Shown one piece after another: positions 1 to 10,317 of a stretch of 64,000 nucleotides of DNA. This stretch comes from Selaginella moellendorffii. Lineage: Eukaryota > Plantae > Lycopodiophyta. How positions within the stretch are numbered: the first letter of the stretch is position 1; every line of letters begins with the position of its first letter. The position numbers were made by a program, and so were the translations under genes. Location: assembly GCF_000143415.4 (NCBI RefSeq), contig NW_003314416.1, forward strand, positions 67,332-131,331. The letters run 5' to 3'. The notes beneath the pieces were generated by a model. It was given only the letters and a program-made list of their open reading frames with translations. It was not told the origin of the DNA and searched no databases.

Positions 1-218
1 GTGGTCATCCCATGACCACACTTTAACACTTTTATAATGTTCTACAATATAAGAATCATCATTTTCAATATCTTTTTTTCAATCCTACTAAGTTTTTTTT
101 CATTCATGGGTGGTTATTTTATGACTACACTTTAACATCTTTATGATATTCTAAAATATGGGAAATACCATTTTTAATATCCTTCCCTCAATTCCACCAA
201 GTTTTTTTTTATCCACGA
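1..218. repeat. Degenerate tandem repeat, unit about 109 bp, in an AT-rich non-genic block
   Basis: gtggtcatcccatgaccacactttaaca (1) recurs as gtggttattttatgactacactttaaca (~110); both units continue to ...aatatc...caat..c.a..aagtttttttt. Confidence 0.6.
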
Positions 219-1931
219 CAGTGCTTGTTAACAATATCACTAGATTAGAGCTCTAGAGGCCCAATCATTAAGTTCCATTTACCTTTAAGACTTCTTCACC
301 ACGTGATTATACTCTTGGTCATTGAGCAAAAAGATTACTCCTCTTGTTTTCCATATATATATTAGCCTTAAAATTTAAACCCTAAATCAAGTCACCCCAT
401 TTATCTATCCATATTCACTCTAACTTTGAACTTTTTAATAGTTATATCATCACTCACCACATGGGTGTAACAATTTTAGGTTATATTAGCCATTTACATG
501 GAAATATAGAAAAGAAAGAAAGGTATTTTAGATTAAAAAATTATAGTTAATTTACTATAAAAAGTGTTTAACAATTATTATAAAAGGATTTTATATGTTT
601 TGTTTTAGTTAAATAAAGTAATATTTGTGATGTTTAATTGACTATTTCACAAAATAAAGCTGAAACATATATAATCAAAACAAGTGTGTGAAAATGACTT
701 TAAAATTATCATTTTGCAAACAATATAATATGCTTTTCATGTTTTTTAGTAAGAAAAATTTATTTCTTTCTGTGTTTATAATTATAAACTTTTCACCTAA
801 ATACCAAGGGTGAGTTCAATAGCTTATGTTTAAAAATATACAAAAATAGAGTTAAGTCATAAATATTCACATTATAGTTATTACAAAAAAACTATCCATT
901 TATTTAAGAATATGTAACTATATTGAAATAAGCGATGTTCCCACAACCCAAACAATCCTTTGAATAATGTCTGCATTTGGGTGATGACTCAGGGTTGTTA
1001 TTGTTTCCTTTTATTATTTGTTATTGTTTGTAATTGTTTGTAAAGAGTAATGAAAATCAATTGATTAGCAAAACTGGAAAGAAAAAGTTTAATTACTTAT
1101 AAAGTTTATTGTAAACTATAATAAAAGATAAAATAGTCTCACCAATTTTTTTTCTAATATATAATCATTGAAAAAATAATTACTTTATCTTATGCTCATA
1201 ATACCAAACTTTATTTCAGCATTAAGAAAACTATAGTTTTAGGAATACATTCAACTGAGTTTTAAAATTCTTTCAATAAATAATACTTAATAATAATAAC
1301 ACACAAATAAATACATGTTACATACAACAGCATCCTTGGCAATACTGTTCTGGACACCAAGCTCATCCCAAATATCATCATCAAAGACTCCCATAGTGGG
1401 GACAAGCTTGCCTAGTGGAAAATAGCCTCATATTGGCAACTGTGGATGCCAATACCACTACACACTTTCTGATCCCCATTGCATCCACAGCATTCAGTTT
1501 ATCCTCTTTGCGGATCCACGGGCAGGTCGACCGATAGGCGCTGTTCTCACAATCTAAGTGTTAGCCATGCTCTTTCACTGTCACTCACCTCCAACCATGT
1601 AAATTATTCGTTGCGTTTAGGGCAAATTCAAATGTGTTCTTGGCTCTCGAGCGGCGCGCTACTTAATGGCGGAGCTTGCAATCGCTTATTCCCCGGACCC
1701 TCTCGTTCATAAACAATTTCTCCTGGCGTGCTGCATGCTTGACGATTGGAACGAATCTTAATGGCCGACGTCGCGCTTGGCACTGATTCCTTCGCGTTTT
1801 GACTCAAAACCCTCACTTTCAATCGATTCATTCCAGGCGAGGCGAGTGAGGCGAGCGAGCGAGGCGAGAGAGAAAACTATCTTTTGTTTCTTTTTGTCTC
1901 TCTCTTCTGTCGTTCTCGTTAGATCGTGATC

Positions 1932-3147
1932 ATGCTGGCGATCTTGCTGATCTTGTCGCTCCTGGGAAGCTTAAGCTTTGCCAATGCTCAGGAATCATCA
2001 AGCGGCGGCGATGGTGGCAGTGGGCTCAAGCACAAATTCTACGCGCTCTCGTGCCCCCAGGCAGAGGATATTGCTCGAAGAACGCTCCAACGAAACAGGA
2101 TGAGCGATCCCACCGCCCCTGCGGCGCTCCTCCGCGTCGTCTTCCATGATTGCCAGGTTGAGGTACGTGATTGCGGTGATCGTGACGATTCTTGAGAGGA
2201 AAGGAGGGAAGAGAAAGCTCTCGACTTGCTTTTGCAGGGATGCGATGCTTCGATTCTACTCGAGACATCTTCCGCGATGACCGCCGAGACCGTGTCGGAG
2301 AAGAATTTCTCCATTCGCCGCTTGGATTACATTCACGACATCAAGGCCGCCATTGAAAAGGAATGCCCCGGCATCGTCTCTTGCGCCGACATCATCGTTA
2401 TGGCTGCCAGGGACGCCATCGCAATGGTGTGGGGATCTTTTCTTGTTCGATCGATCGATCGATCAGCTTGAGTTGAGGAACTTCTAACACTTTGCTCTTG
2501 ATCTTGCAGTCTGGTGGTCCACAAATCTCGATCGAAACTGGGCGAAGAGACACTCTCTTCGCCAGTAACTTAAACGCGGACGAAGCGCTGCCCCCTCCAA
2601 CATTGACTGTGAGTGAGATGCTCGACACTCTCGCGGAAAAAGGCCTTGACATCGAAGAGAGCGTCGCCATCTTAGGTAAGAAAACCATCCCAATCCCATC
2701 TCCGCATCGATCGATCATGGATTGGTCGATTTCTTGGCAGGAGCTCACACATTGGGCGTTGGGCACTGCCTGAATTTCATCAATCGCTTCGATCCCCAGG
2801 ACAATGGCCCCCAGATGTCGCCCTTCTTCTCCACGGCGCTCAGGGTCTTGTGCCAATCACCCCCTTCGATGAGCAATGCCACATTCGCGCCCAACGATCT
2901 CACCAATTTCATGTTTGACAACCAGTACTTCCGCGATCTGCAAGGCCAGCGCGGATTGCTCACCGTGGACGCGGAGCTCGCCATCGATCCACGCACCAAG
3001 AAGCATGTCGATCTCTTCGCGCTCAATCAGCTCCTCTTCTTCGCCAAATTCAGCGACGGCTTCGTCAAGCTCACCAGCTTCAATGTGCTCACGGGCAGCG
3101 ATGGTGAGATTCGGAGGGATTGCCGGGCTGTGAATCGAGAGCCCTAG
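1932..3147 (+). CDS. Class III secretory peroxidase (PER29-like), 4 exons
   Basis: Signal peptide; FY..SCP, LLRVVFHDCQV-GCDASILL (distal Arg/His), VSCADII, GRRD, GAHTLG (proximal His), FDNQYF, GEIRRDC; GT-AG introns join the ORF pieces. Confidence 0.95.
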
Positions 3148-3505
3148 GAGAGCTCTGATCTTGGGGACGTAAAAAAAGATTTCACGATGAGCGATCACTG
3201 TTCGTTCTTTGATGCTCCAGGCGCGTATTTTCCCAGCCTTTATGACGCGTTTGATCGCAGCCGTTGGATTGGCCCTGGGTCCGACGGCTGTGGCTGGCCA
3301 CAGTTGTTGTGGCTATGGCGACCAGGAGCGCTTAGCGATGGCGCTCGGGCGGGCGCGACGCACCGCCTTCGTGTTCTCTCCAGGTAATCGCGATGCCGCA
3401 GCGCATTCTCGAGAATCCGCGAGGATCAGTTCTAGATTCTAAGGCATGGATTGGAGCGGATGATCCAGCTCGGGAAGGTTAGATCGAGCGCAGGAGGAAG
3501 AGGAG

Positions 3506-4825
3506 ATGGTTCATCTGTCATGCAAGACGGAGTCGGCCGTGATCACTTGCAAGGCTCACAAGGACGACATCGAGCCGGCCAAGCTCAAGACGTTTAGGTA
3601 CAAGGATCTCGAGGCTGCCACTGGGGGTTTTGCGCGAGAATTCTTGCTGGGAAAGGGCAGCTATGGCTGGGTCTACAAGGGCTGCCTCAGGGATGGCAAG
3701 CTCGTCGCGGTCAAGCGATCGTCCCTGGCCAGGAAGAACAGCCAGGACGATAATCCTCTCGACAACGAGCTGGAAATTCTCTCCAAGATCAGGAGCACGC
3801 GGCTCGTCAATCTGGTGGGCTATAGCAGGGACAACAAGGAGACCGTCTTGGTGGTGGATTACATGGCCAATGGAACTCTTCACGACATCCTCCACTGCCG
3901 GAACGAGCCACTGAGCTGGAGCATTCGCGTCCAGGTCGCGCTCCAGATCGCCAAGGGGTTGAGAGCTCTCCACAGCGCGTCACCTCCAGTGATCCACCGC
4001 GATATCAAGTCGTCCAACGTTTTGATCGACGCGGACTGGAACGCTCGGCTAGCGGACTTTGGTCTGGCTCTTCGTGGGCGGATCGAGGACGTGATCAGGC
4101 TCTCCACTCCACCGGCGGGGACGATGGGATATCTGGATCCGGGATACGTGAGTCCCGGCCACTTGAGCACCAAGACGGACGTGTTTAGCTTCGGGATTCT
4201 CTTGCTGGAGATCATGAGCGGCAGGAACGCGATCGACGTGCAGTACTATCCTCCCAACATCGTCGACTGGGCGCTGCCGCTGATCAAGCAGGGAAAGGGT
4301 GCTGCGATCTGCGATCCAAAGTCCAAGCATCCCACCAATGCCGAGGCTCTCAACGAGATGGCTGGAGTTGCTGCTCGCTGCGTCAGGCTCTCGAGCTCTC
4401 GGAGACCAACGATGGCCGAGGTTGTCAAGGAGCTGCGGGAGATCAGCAAGAGGATCCAGATGCCCATCTGGAACAGCATCGTCAAGCCGCTCAAGTCGTC
4501 GCTGGATCTGGCAGCCGAGGGGTACGATCAGTGGAAGCTCTACAAGCGATCGTCCTTGCTGGAGGTGAAGAGAAAGCTCGAGAGCAAGAAGATTGTGAAT
4601 AGCAGCAGCGCCAGCAGCAGCAGCGCCGCCAGCCGAGAAGGCAGCAGCTGTTCTTCGCTAGCAATCGGGGATGATCCATGTATGGATCCGATCGTCAAAG
4701 CGCCAGGGACGAGGAGAGCAAGAGTGAGGATGATCTACGCGGAGGACAAGCTCAAGCTTGATGTGAACAAGACGTCCAAGAACAGATCAAACGGACCGAA
4801 GATGGGCGATTTCCTCCTCACATAA
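3506..4825 (+). CDS. Intronless receptor-like cytoplasmic Ser/Thr kinase (CRINKLY4-related RLCK type)
   Basis: GKGSYG, VAVK, HRDIKSSN, DFG, GTMGYLDP all intact; no signal peptide or TM helix. Confidence 0.93.
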   Translation: MVHLSCKTESAVITCKAHKDDIEPAKLKTFRYKDLEAATGGFAREFLLGKGSYGWVYKGCLRDGKLVAVKRSSLARKNSQDDNPLDNELEILSKIRSTRLVNLVGYSRDNKETVLVVDYMANGTLHDILHCRNEPLSWSIRVQVALQIAKGLRALHSASPPVIHRDIKSSNVLIDADWNARLADFGLALRGRIEDVIRLSTPPAGTMGYLDPGYVSPGHLSTKTDVFSFGILLLEIMSGRNAIDVQYYPPNIVDWALPLIKQGKGAAICDPKSKHPTNAEALNEMAGVAARCVRLSSSRRPTMAEVVKELREISKRIQMPIWNSIVKPLKSSLDLAAEGYDQWKLYKRSSLLEVKRKLESKKIVNSSSASSSSAASREGSSCSSLAIGDDPCMDPIVKAPGTRRARVRMIYAEDKLKLDVNKTSKNRSNGPKMGDFLLT

Positions 4826-4956
4826 AACAGCGTACGGAATGATGATTCATGAGAATATTCCCGAGCTTTGTTTCCATATTCATGATCTAAACCCCTAGGC
4901 GCCAATTTTCGAGGGCGCGTCCAGCATTGATTCGATCGGCGCTCTCGCGGCGGGCG

Positions 4957-6111
4957 ATGGCAAGAAGGGAGAGGGTCCCCTTTCACGTCGGCGAGGAGGT
5001 CGAATGCACGACATTCATGGAAGGGTATCGAGGCGCTTGGTTTCGTGGCAAGGTAAAGGAATGGCGGCGCTGTTTTGCTCGATCTTGAGGCGTTCTTCTC
5101 ACAGATTTTGGAGTGGAAGAGGCCTCCCAGCGGCGCAAGATGCTTGGTGCGATATTTGGATTTCACAGATAGTATGTGGTGTTGTGGTGATTCTTTCCTC
5201 GGACGGATTTCTCATCTCCCCTCTCCCCTCTCACATTTCTCGCTCGAGCAGGAGACTACTCGCACAAGCTCTATCAGGTGGTGCCAAACAAGCGGCCGAT
5301 GAAGAGGATGATGGTCCGGCCAGCGTATCCTCTCATGGTCGCTCCGGCCGATCCGAAAGAGGTTTCCAAGCTACATTCTTTCTTCGATCGGGATTGGGCG
5401 GTGGGAGATCACGCCGACTACGTGCTGAGCGGCGCGTTTTGGGAGTGTATGGTGATCGAGATGGTGAGCGCCGAAGTTGTGAAGGTAGGAGAGCGTGTGA
5501 TTCTCTTTCCTGTCCTTTAAGTCGGTTTTGTTTCCTTGTCACACAGATTCGGTGCCCCGATTTTCCGTTTGGAGAGGGAGGAGACTATCAAGTTTGCAAG
5601 AATGAGCTGAGACCAGGCTTGCAATGGTCGATGGAGTCTGGCTGGTCCGTCAAGAAAAACACGCTCATGCCTGAGGTTTGTGTGAGCACTTCTTCTTTGT
5701 TCATCACTCAACTACTTATGTGCAGCTTCCTCCTCTGGTAAACCTGGAGAGTCCTGCTTTTGCTACTCGACGAGAAGAAAGACACAAGCTTTCTCCTAAA
5801 GGTATGGTGGCTTTGTTGTTCTTTTGAGACCTGAAAGCTGGAATGCAGTGGCGAGCATGATCACAGACTCCGGACCTGATGAAAGCTCGACGTCATCTGC
5901 TCCATGTGCGGCAGAGAATGAAAATGCAGCAGCTGATCAAGGATTCCTTGACGAGCAAACTACGTCAGATGAGGAGGAGTTGGAAGATATGTCCACGCTA
6001 GGAGAAATGGTGGAGAAGGTCAGATTCATGAGGGACGTGCTCGAGTATGGGATGCGAGGCTGTTTAGCGCTCAGATCGCAAGTAGACTGGGAGATAGTTG
6101 CTAATCAGTAG
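4957..6111 (+). CDS. Agenet (Tudor-like) domain protein, multi-exon
   Basis: Exon 1 MARRERVPFHVGEEVECTTFMEGYRGAWFRGK; later exons MVRPAYP, WAVGDHADY..GAFWE, CPDFPFGEGG, LRPGLQWSMESGW; acidic tail. Confidence 0.8.
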
Positions 6112-6348
6112 GATTACTTACTACTTCGGGGATAGTCGACGACCAGTATCTAACTACAGAAGCACCTTTCTGGACGCAGAAGGAAATGATGCCGGACTGG
6201 GAAAAAAAGAAGCTCCACTCAGAAGCACATCAGGAGCACAGTGGTTCAGATGATGATGACAGGATCAGACAGCAGAAACTTGCTTCAAGCACACTCAGCT
6301 CAGCTCAAGTCCAACTTCGTCATCCTCAGCGCTCCCTTCTCGAGTTCT

Positions 6349-8163
6349 ATGGATGCGTGCAAGCTCTGGTTGATCGCTTCGAGTCTTGTACACTGGCTGT
6401 TGCTCTTGAAGACGAGTCACGGGACGCCGCTGCCACCAGTTCGCTGCTTGGCCAACGGGAGTTTCAACTGCACTGTGTCTGGGACGTATGGGACGTGGCC
6501 CGATCGCTCACCATGTAGAGCCGCACGAGCTTTGTTCCCTGCTTCGGAGGAAGAGCTTGTCACTGCTGTGGCCTTTGGATCTCGGAACAAGATGAAGATG
6601 AAAGTTGTAAGTAAATCTTCTCACAGCATGACCAAGCTCGTCTGTCCCGGGGGTGACGAAGGTCTCATCATCAGCACGCAGAAACTCGACCGGATTGTTC
6701 AAGTGGATCCATCTACAAAGACCGTCGTTGTAGATTCGGGGGTTCAGCTCCAGGACTTGGTGGACAGCGTTGCTAAATTCGGGCTCTCGCTGCCGCATTC
6801 TCCCTACTGGAACGGGCTTTCCATTGGAGGAGTGATAAGCACGGGAGCTCATGGGAGTTCTCTGTTCGGGAAGGGATCTGCAGTTCACGAGTACGTCATC
6901 GCCATGAGGCTGATAGTTCCGTCTCCTTCGGCCGAAGAAGGATACGCCAGAGTAATCAACGTAACAAGTGAGGCGATGCTCAACGCTGCAAGAGTATCGC
7001 TTGGAGTTTTAGGCGTCGTCTCGCAAGCCACGCTCGCTCTAGAGCCGCTCTTCAAGAGGTCCGTCCGAATCCAGCAGAAAGCCGATGCAAGCTTGGAGGA
7101 TGAGATTGTAGAGCATGGCAGGATGGCCGAGTTTGGAGACGTTGCCTGGTATCCGTCGCAAAAGACAGCTCTCTTCCGGATTGATAACCGAGTTCCGGTG
7201 GACACACCAGGGGAGGGAGTGAACGAGTTTCTTGGTTTCAGACCCGAAGCAACTGCACTGCTAAGAATGCTGAGGATGTCTGGTAAGTTCTAGTTTCCTT
7301 GGTTCAAACAGAGAACACAGAGAGCGTTGACATTGTGCTTATCTTGTGCAGAGGAGCTTTACGAAGCCACCAACAATCCAGCCGGTAAATGCACCATGTC
7401 CACGCTCCAGGTCGACACTCTAGTCATGGCCGGAATGGGATTCAAAAACCAGCTGCAAAAGTTCACCGGATATCCAGTCATTGGCTTCCAGAACAAGATC
7501 CAGACAACCGGTACCTGTGAGAACGTCCTGGATCAACACCACTTCTGTCCGTGGGATCCCCAAGCACACGGCTTGTTCTTCCACCAGACAACCGTCTCCA
7601 TATCGCTGGACAGGATCCGAGACTTCATTGTGGACGTGAAGAAGCTGCGGGACATGAATCCGAGCGCCTTCTGCGGCGCCGAGCTCTATTATGGCGTGCT
7701 GCTGCGATACGTGAGAGGATCCATGGCCTTCTTGGGAAAATCTGAGGATTCGGTGGACGTCGACATCACATACTATCGATCCAGGGACGCACACACTCCC
7801 AGGCTGAATCAAGACGTCTACGAGGAAATCGAGCAGCTGGCGGTGTTTAAGTACCGGGGTCAGCCGCACTGGGGGAAGAACCGCAACGTTGCTTTCATAG
7901 GAGCGGCTGAAAAGTATCCAGGCCTCGCCACCTTCTTGCAAGTGAAGCAAAGCCTTGATTCTGAGGGGCTCTTCTCCAGCGAGTGGTCGGACGCCATGCT
8001 TGGATTGAGCTCCAGCGGCGTGGCCAATAGCCAGGCAAAGCACTGCGCGCTCGAGGGGCTTTGCCTGTGCTCCTCGGACGAGCACTGTGCACCCGAGAAG
8101 AAGTACTACTGCCGTCCAGGGAGAGTTTTTGCAAATGCCAGAGTTTGCCGCAAGGGAAGCTAA
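6349..8163 (+). CDS. L-gulonolactone oxidase family (plant GULLO) FAD oxidoreductase; intron 7283-7351
   Basis: Signal peptide, YGTWPDR, HS..KLVCP, GVISTGAHGSS, PHWGKNRN, C-terminal CALEGLCLCS..C. Confidence 0.93.
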
Positions 8164-8233
8164 GCAACTACGGTTCTTGAAGTTGAAAACATAACTCCTT
8201 TATTGTAGAGATGAGAGTTCTTGGAGACCTCTC

Positions 8234-9113
8234 TGGGTGAGTGTGGGTGGAGTCGAGAGCTCACGAAATCGATGGAATGAGTGATCAAGGTATGCATTTG
8301 CTCCGGCAACAAAATGGGCTCTTCCAGATCGAGAGGATCGCTGCTGCCTGGAGCACTGGCGAGAGGGTCGGATCGAATAGAGTCAGGAGAGCCGAGCTGG
8401 TTACGGCGATCGAGCAGTGGGATTTAAGACGGTCCATTTCGCTGCGGTGGCTGCTGGTTTCCACACCAATAAGTTTGTGGTGTCGGTGTTCATCACAATG
8501 CACAGCAGATGCCGCAGCGTGACACTTGCAAGGGAGGTGTTTGACGCGATGATCCAGCGCGATCTTGTTGCCTGGGACTCCGTCATCCTGGCTTATGTTG
8601 ACAATGGCAATTTCTCCTTGGCTTTGAGCCTGTTCGCGAGCATGGACCTTGAAGCCGACGCGTTTGCTTATGTCGCAGCGCTCAAGGCTGATTAGCAAGA
8701 GAAGTCTATCTCCGCGTGAGTTTGCTCGAGAGAGCCATTGCCATTTCACGAGCGATTGAAGCAGCGAGGCCTCCAATCGAACGTTCTACAAAGATATCAA
8801 GCCGCAGGGACTTGAGTCGTGGCGAGCGCAGTCATGGACATGTACTCCAAATGCCGGAGCTGGGGAAGTGCTCTCGAGTTGTTCTTCGAGAGAATGACGA
8901 TGAGATGCTATGAGCCTGATAGTTTCACGTGCATTGCGGCGCCCAAAGCTTGCGGTGGCCTTGCCAGGATGGGAAGTGAAGGCTCAGAGAAGCTAGTGCT
9001 CTTGAACAAAGGAATCGTCATCCACAAGCAAGCCGTGGAGCATGGATTCGCTTCAAGCTTAAAGGTGGCGAGCACCCTGGTTTACATGTATAGCAAATGC
9101 GGGGACATGAGGT
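8234..9113 (+). pseudogene. Truncated, frameshifted PPR copy; inverted paralog of 14962-17811
   Basis: Near-identical to the reverse complement of ~16620-17815 (SRAHEIDG.SDQGMH, FFERMTMRCYEPDSFTC), with internal deletions, frameshifts and an abrupt end at ~9113. Confidence 0.88.
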
Positions 9114-9654
9114 TAATGCGTCCCTGGCTGCTTCAAGCTTTTCTCTTTTAGGCGGGTGGGGGAGATTGGCTCCCTAGATCTACGATTCCGCAACCACCTC
9201 GTGAACCCACAGCCCATTGGGGCTCTTTTTATCCAGTGCGAGATTGTGCGTGGGAGAAAGGTGGCGGGGGTGTATGGTATGGTCGTCTTGGTGGCTTCAC
9301 GGCGCCTCCCTTTAATTGATGCCAGTCTAAGGCCGGTGCACTGTGGAGGGCGGCTGCTGATCGTGAGTGACGCAAGCCGGGACGGGGAACTGGGGATCAG
9401 ACACAGACCTGAACGCGTACTGGAGTCCGGTTGCGAAACGCTCCACAGTGACTGTTTGCTCGAGAGTGAGTTCAAGAGTGAAATGTAATTTCTGTGCTGC
9501 ACCGACGAGGTTGATAAACTGTGGGTGTTGATGCGGTCATCTAAGCTGTTGTTGAGCTATGAATTGAGCTCCATGAGGTGGAGCAGTCGGCAGTGGGATC
9601 CAAGTGCTGCTTTGACTCTCACTACATTTTAACAGTCACTTTTTATATATTTTA

Positions 9655-9965
9655 TCATGTGTTTGATCTTCCACCAGATGCCTGAGCTCTAGTGGACGTC
9701 GAGATCTTCGAGCTCGCAGTTCTTCGACCAAATGGAAGAATTGGGGCAAAAGATCGGAGATTTGCAGCTAGCATGCTTTCACGCTCGATCTCTTTATTTG
9801 AAAACGATGGAATAGCCTTTGAGAACGCTTCCAAAGCGCGAGATTCTTCGCCATTCTCAGCGTGGCCCGAGATCAAAGCGTCTCACAGGCAAGGCATCCA
9901 GAGAGCCTGCTGCAAGAAATGTAAATCGCTGCGCCACGCCTCGAACAAAACAATCGAACCCCACT
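9655..9965 (-). pseudogene. Degenerate PPR fragment
   Basis: ISGHAENGEESRALEAF resembles a PPR motif; broken frames. Confidence 0.45.
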
Positions 9966-10026
9966 ATCGAAGAACCCTAAAACAGCTCTCTCTTCCCTCT
10001 AGATCTTGCAAGAGCGCTGAAAGATC

Positions 10027-10260
10027 GATGGAAGGAGCGATCAGGGTTTGTTCTCCAAATCGAGAGTGGCGGGTCATCCGGCAAGGGGAAAAAAGAGCCT
10101 GTGGAGCCAAGCCAGGGATTTGGATAGAGGGACGATGGTATGCGCTGCGGTGGCCGCTGGTTCTCACACCAAACAAGTATGCTCATCACAATGTATGACA
10201 AATGCCGTAGCGTGGCACTTGCGAGGGAGATGCTTGCTGCTTGCTGCTGCAGAGAGGATG
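10027..10260 (+). pseudogene. Third, more decayed copy of the 5' end of the 14962-17811 PPR gene
   Basis: QARDLDRG, AAVAAGSHTK, MLITMYDKCRSVALAREM across shifted frames match QARDLERG..AAVAAGFHTNK..VLITMYGRCRSVALAREV. Confidence 0.75.
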
Positions 10261-10317
10261 GCAACGCTGCTGGCTTCAAGGTTTTCAGACACCAAGAAGT
10301 AATGCTCGGTGAGGAGA

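Noticed and set aside
220-1500. AT-rich block as a specific transposon or organellar insertion
   Set aside because: No termini, transposase motif or recognisable organellar gene could be identified by eye.
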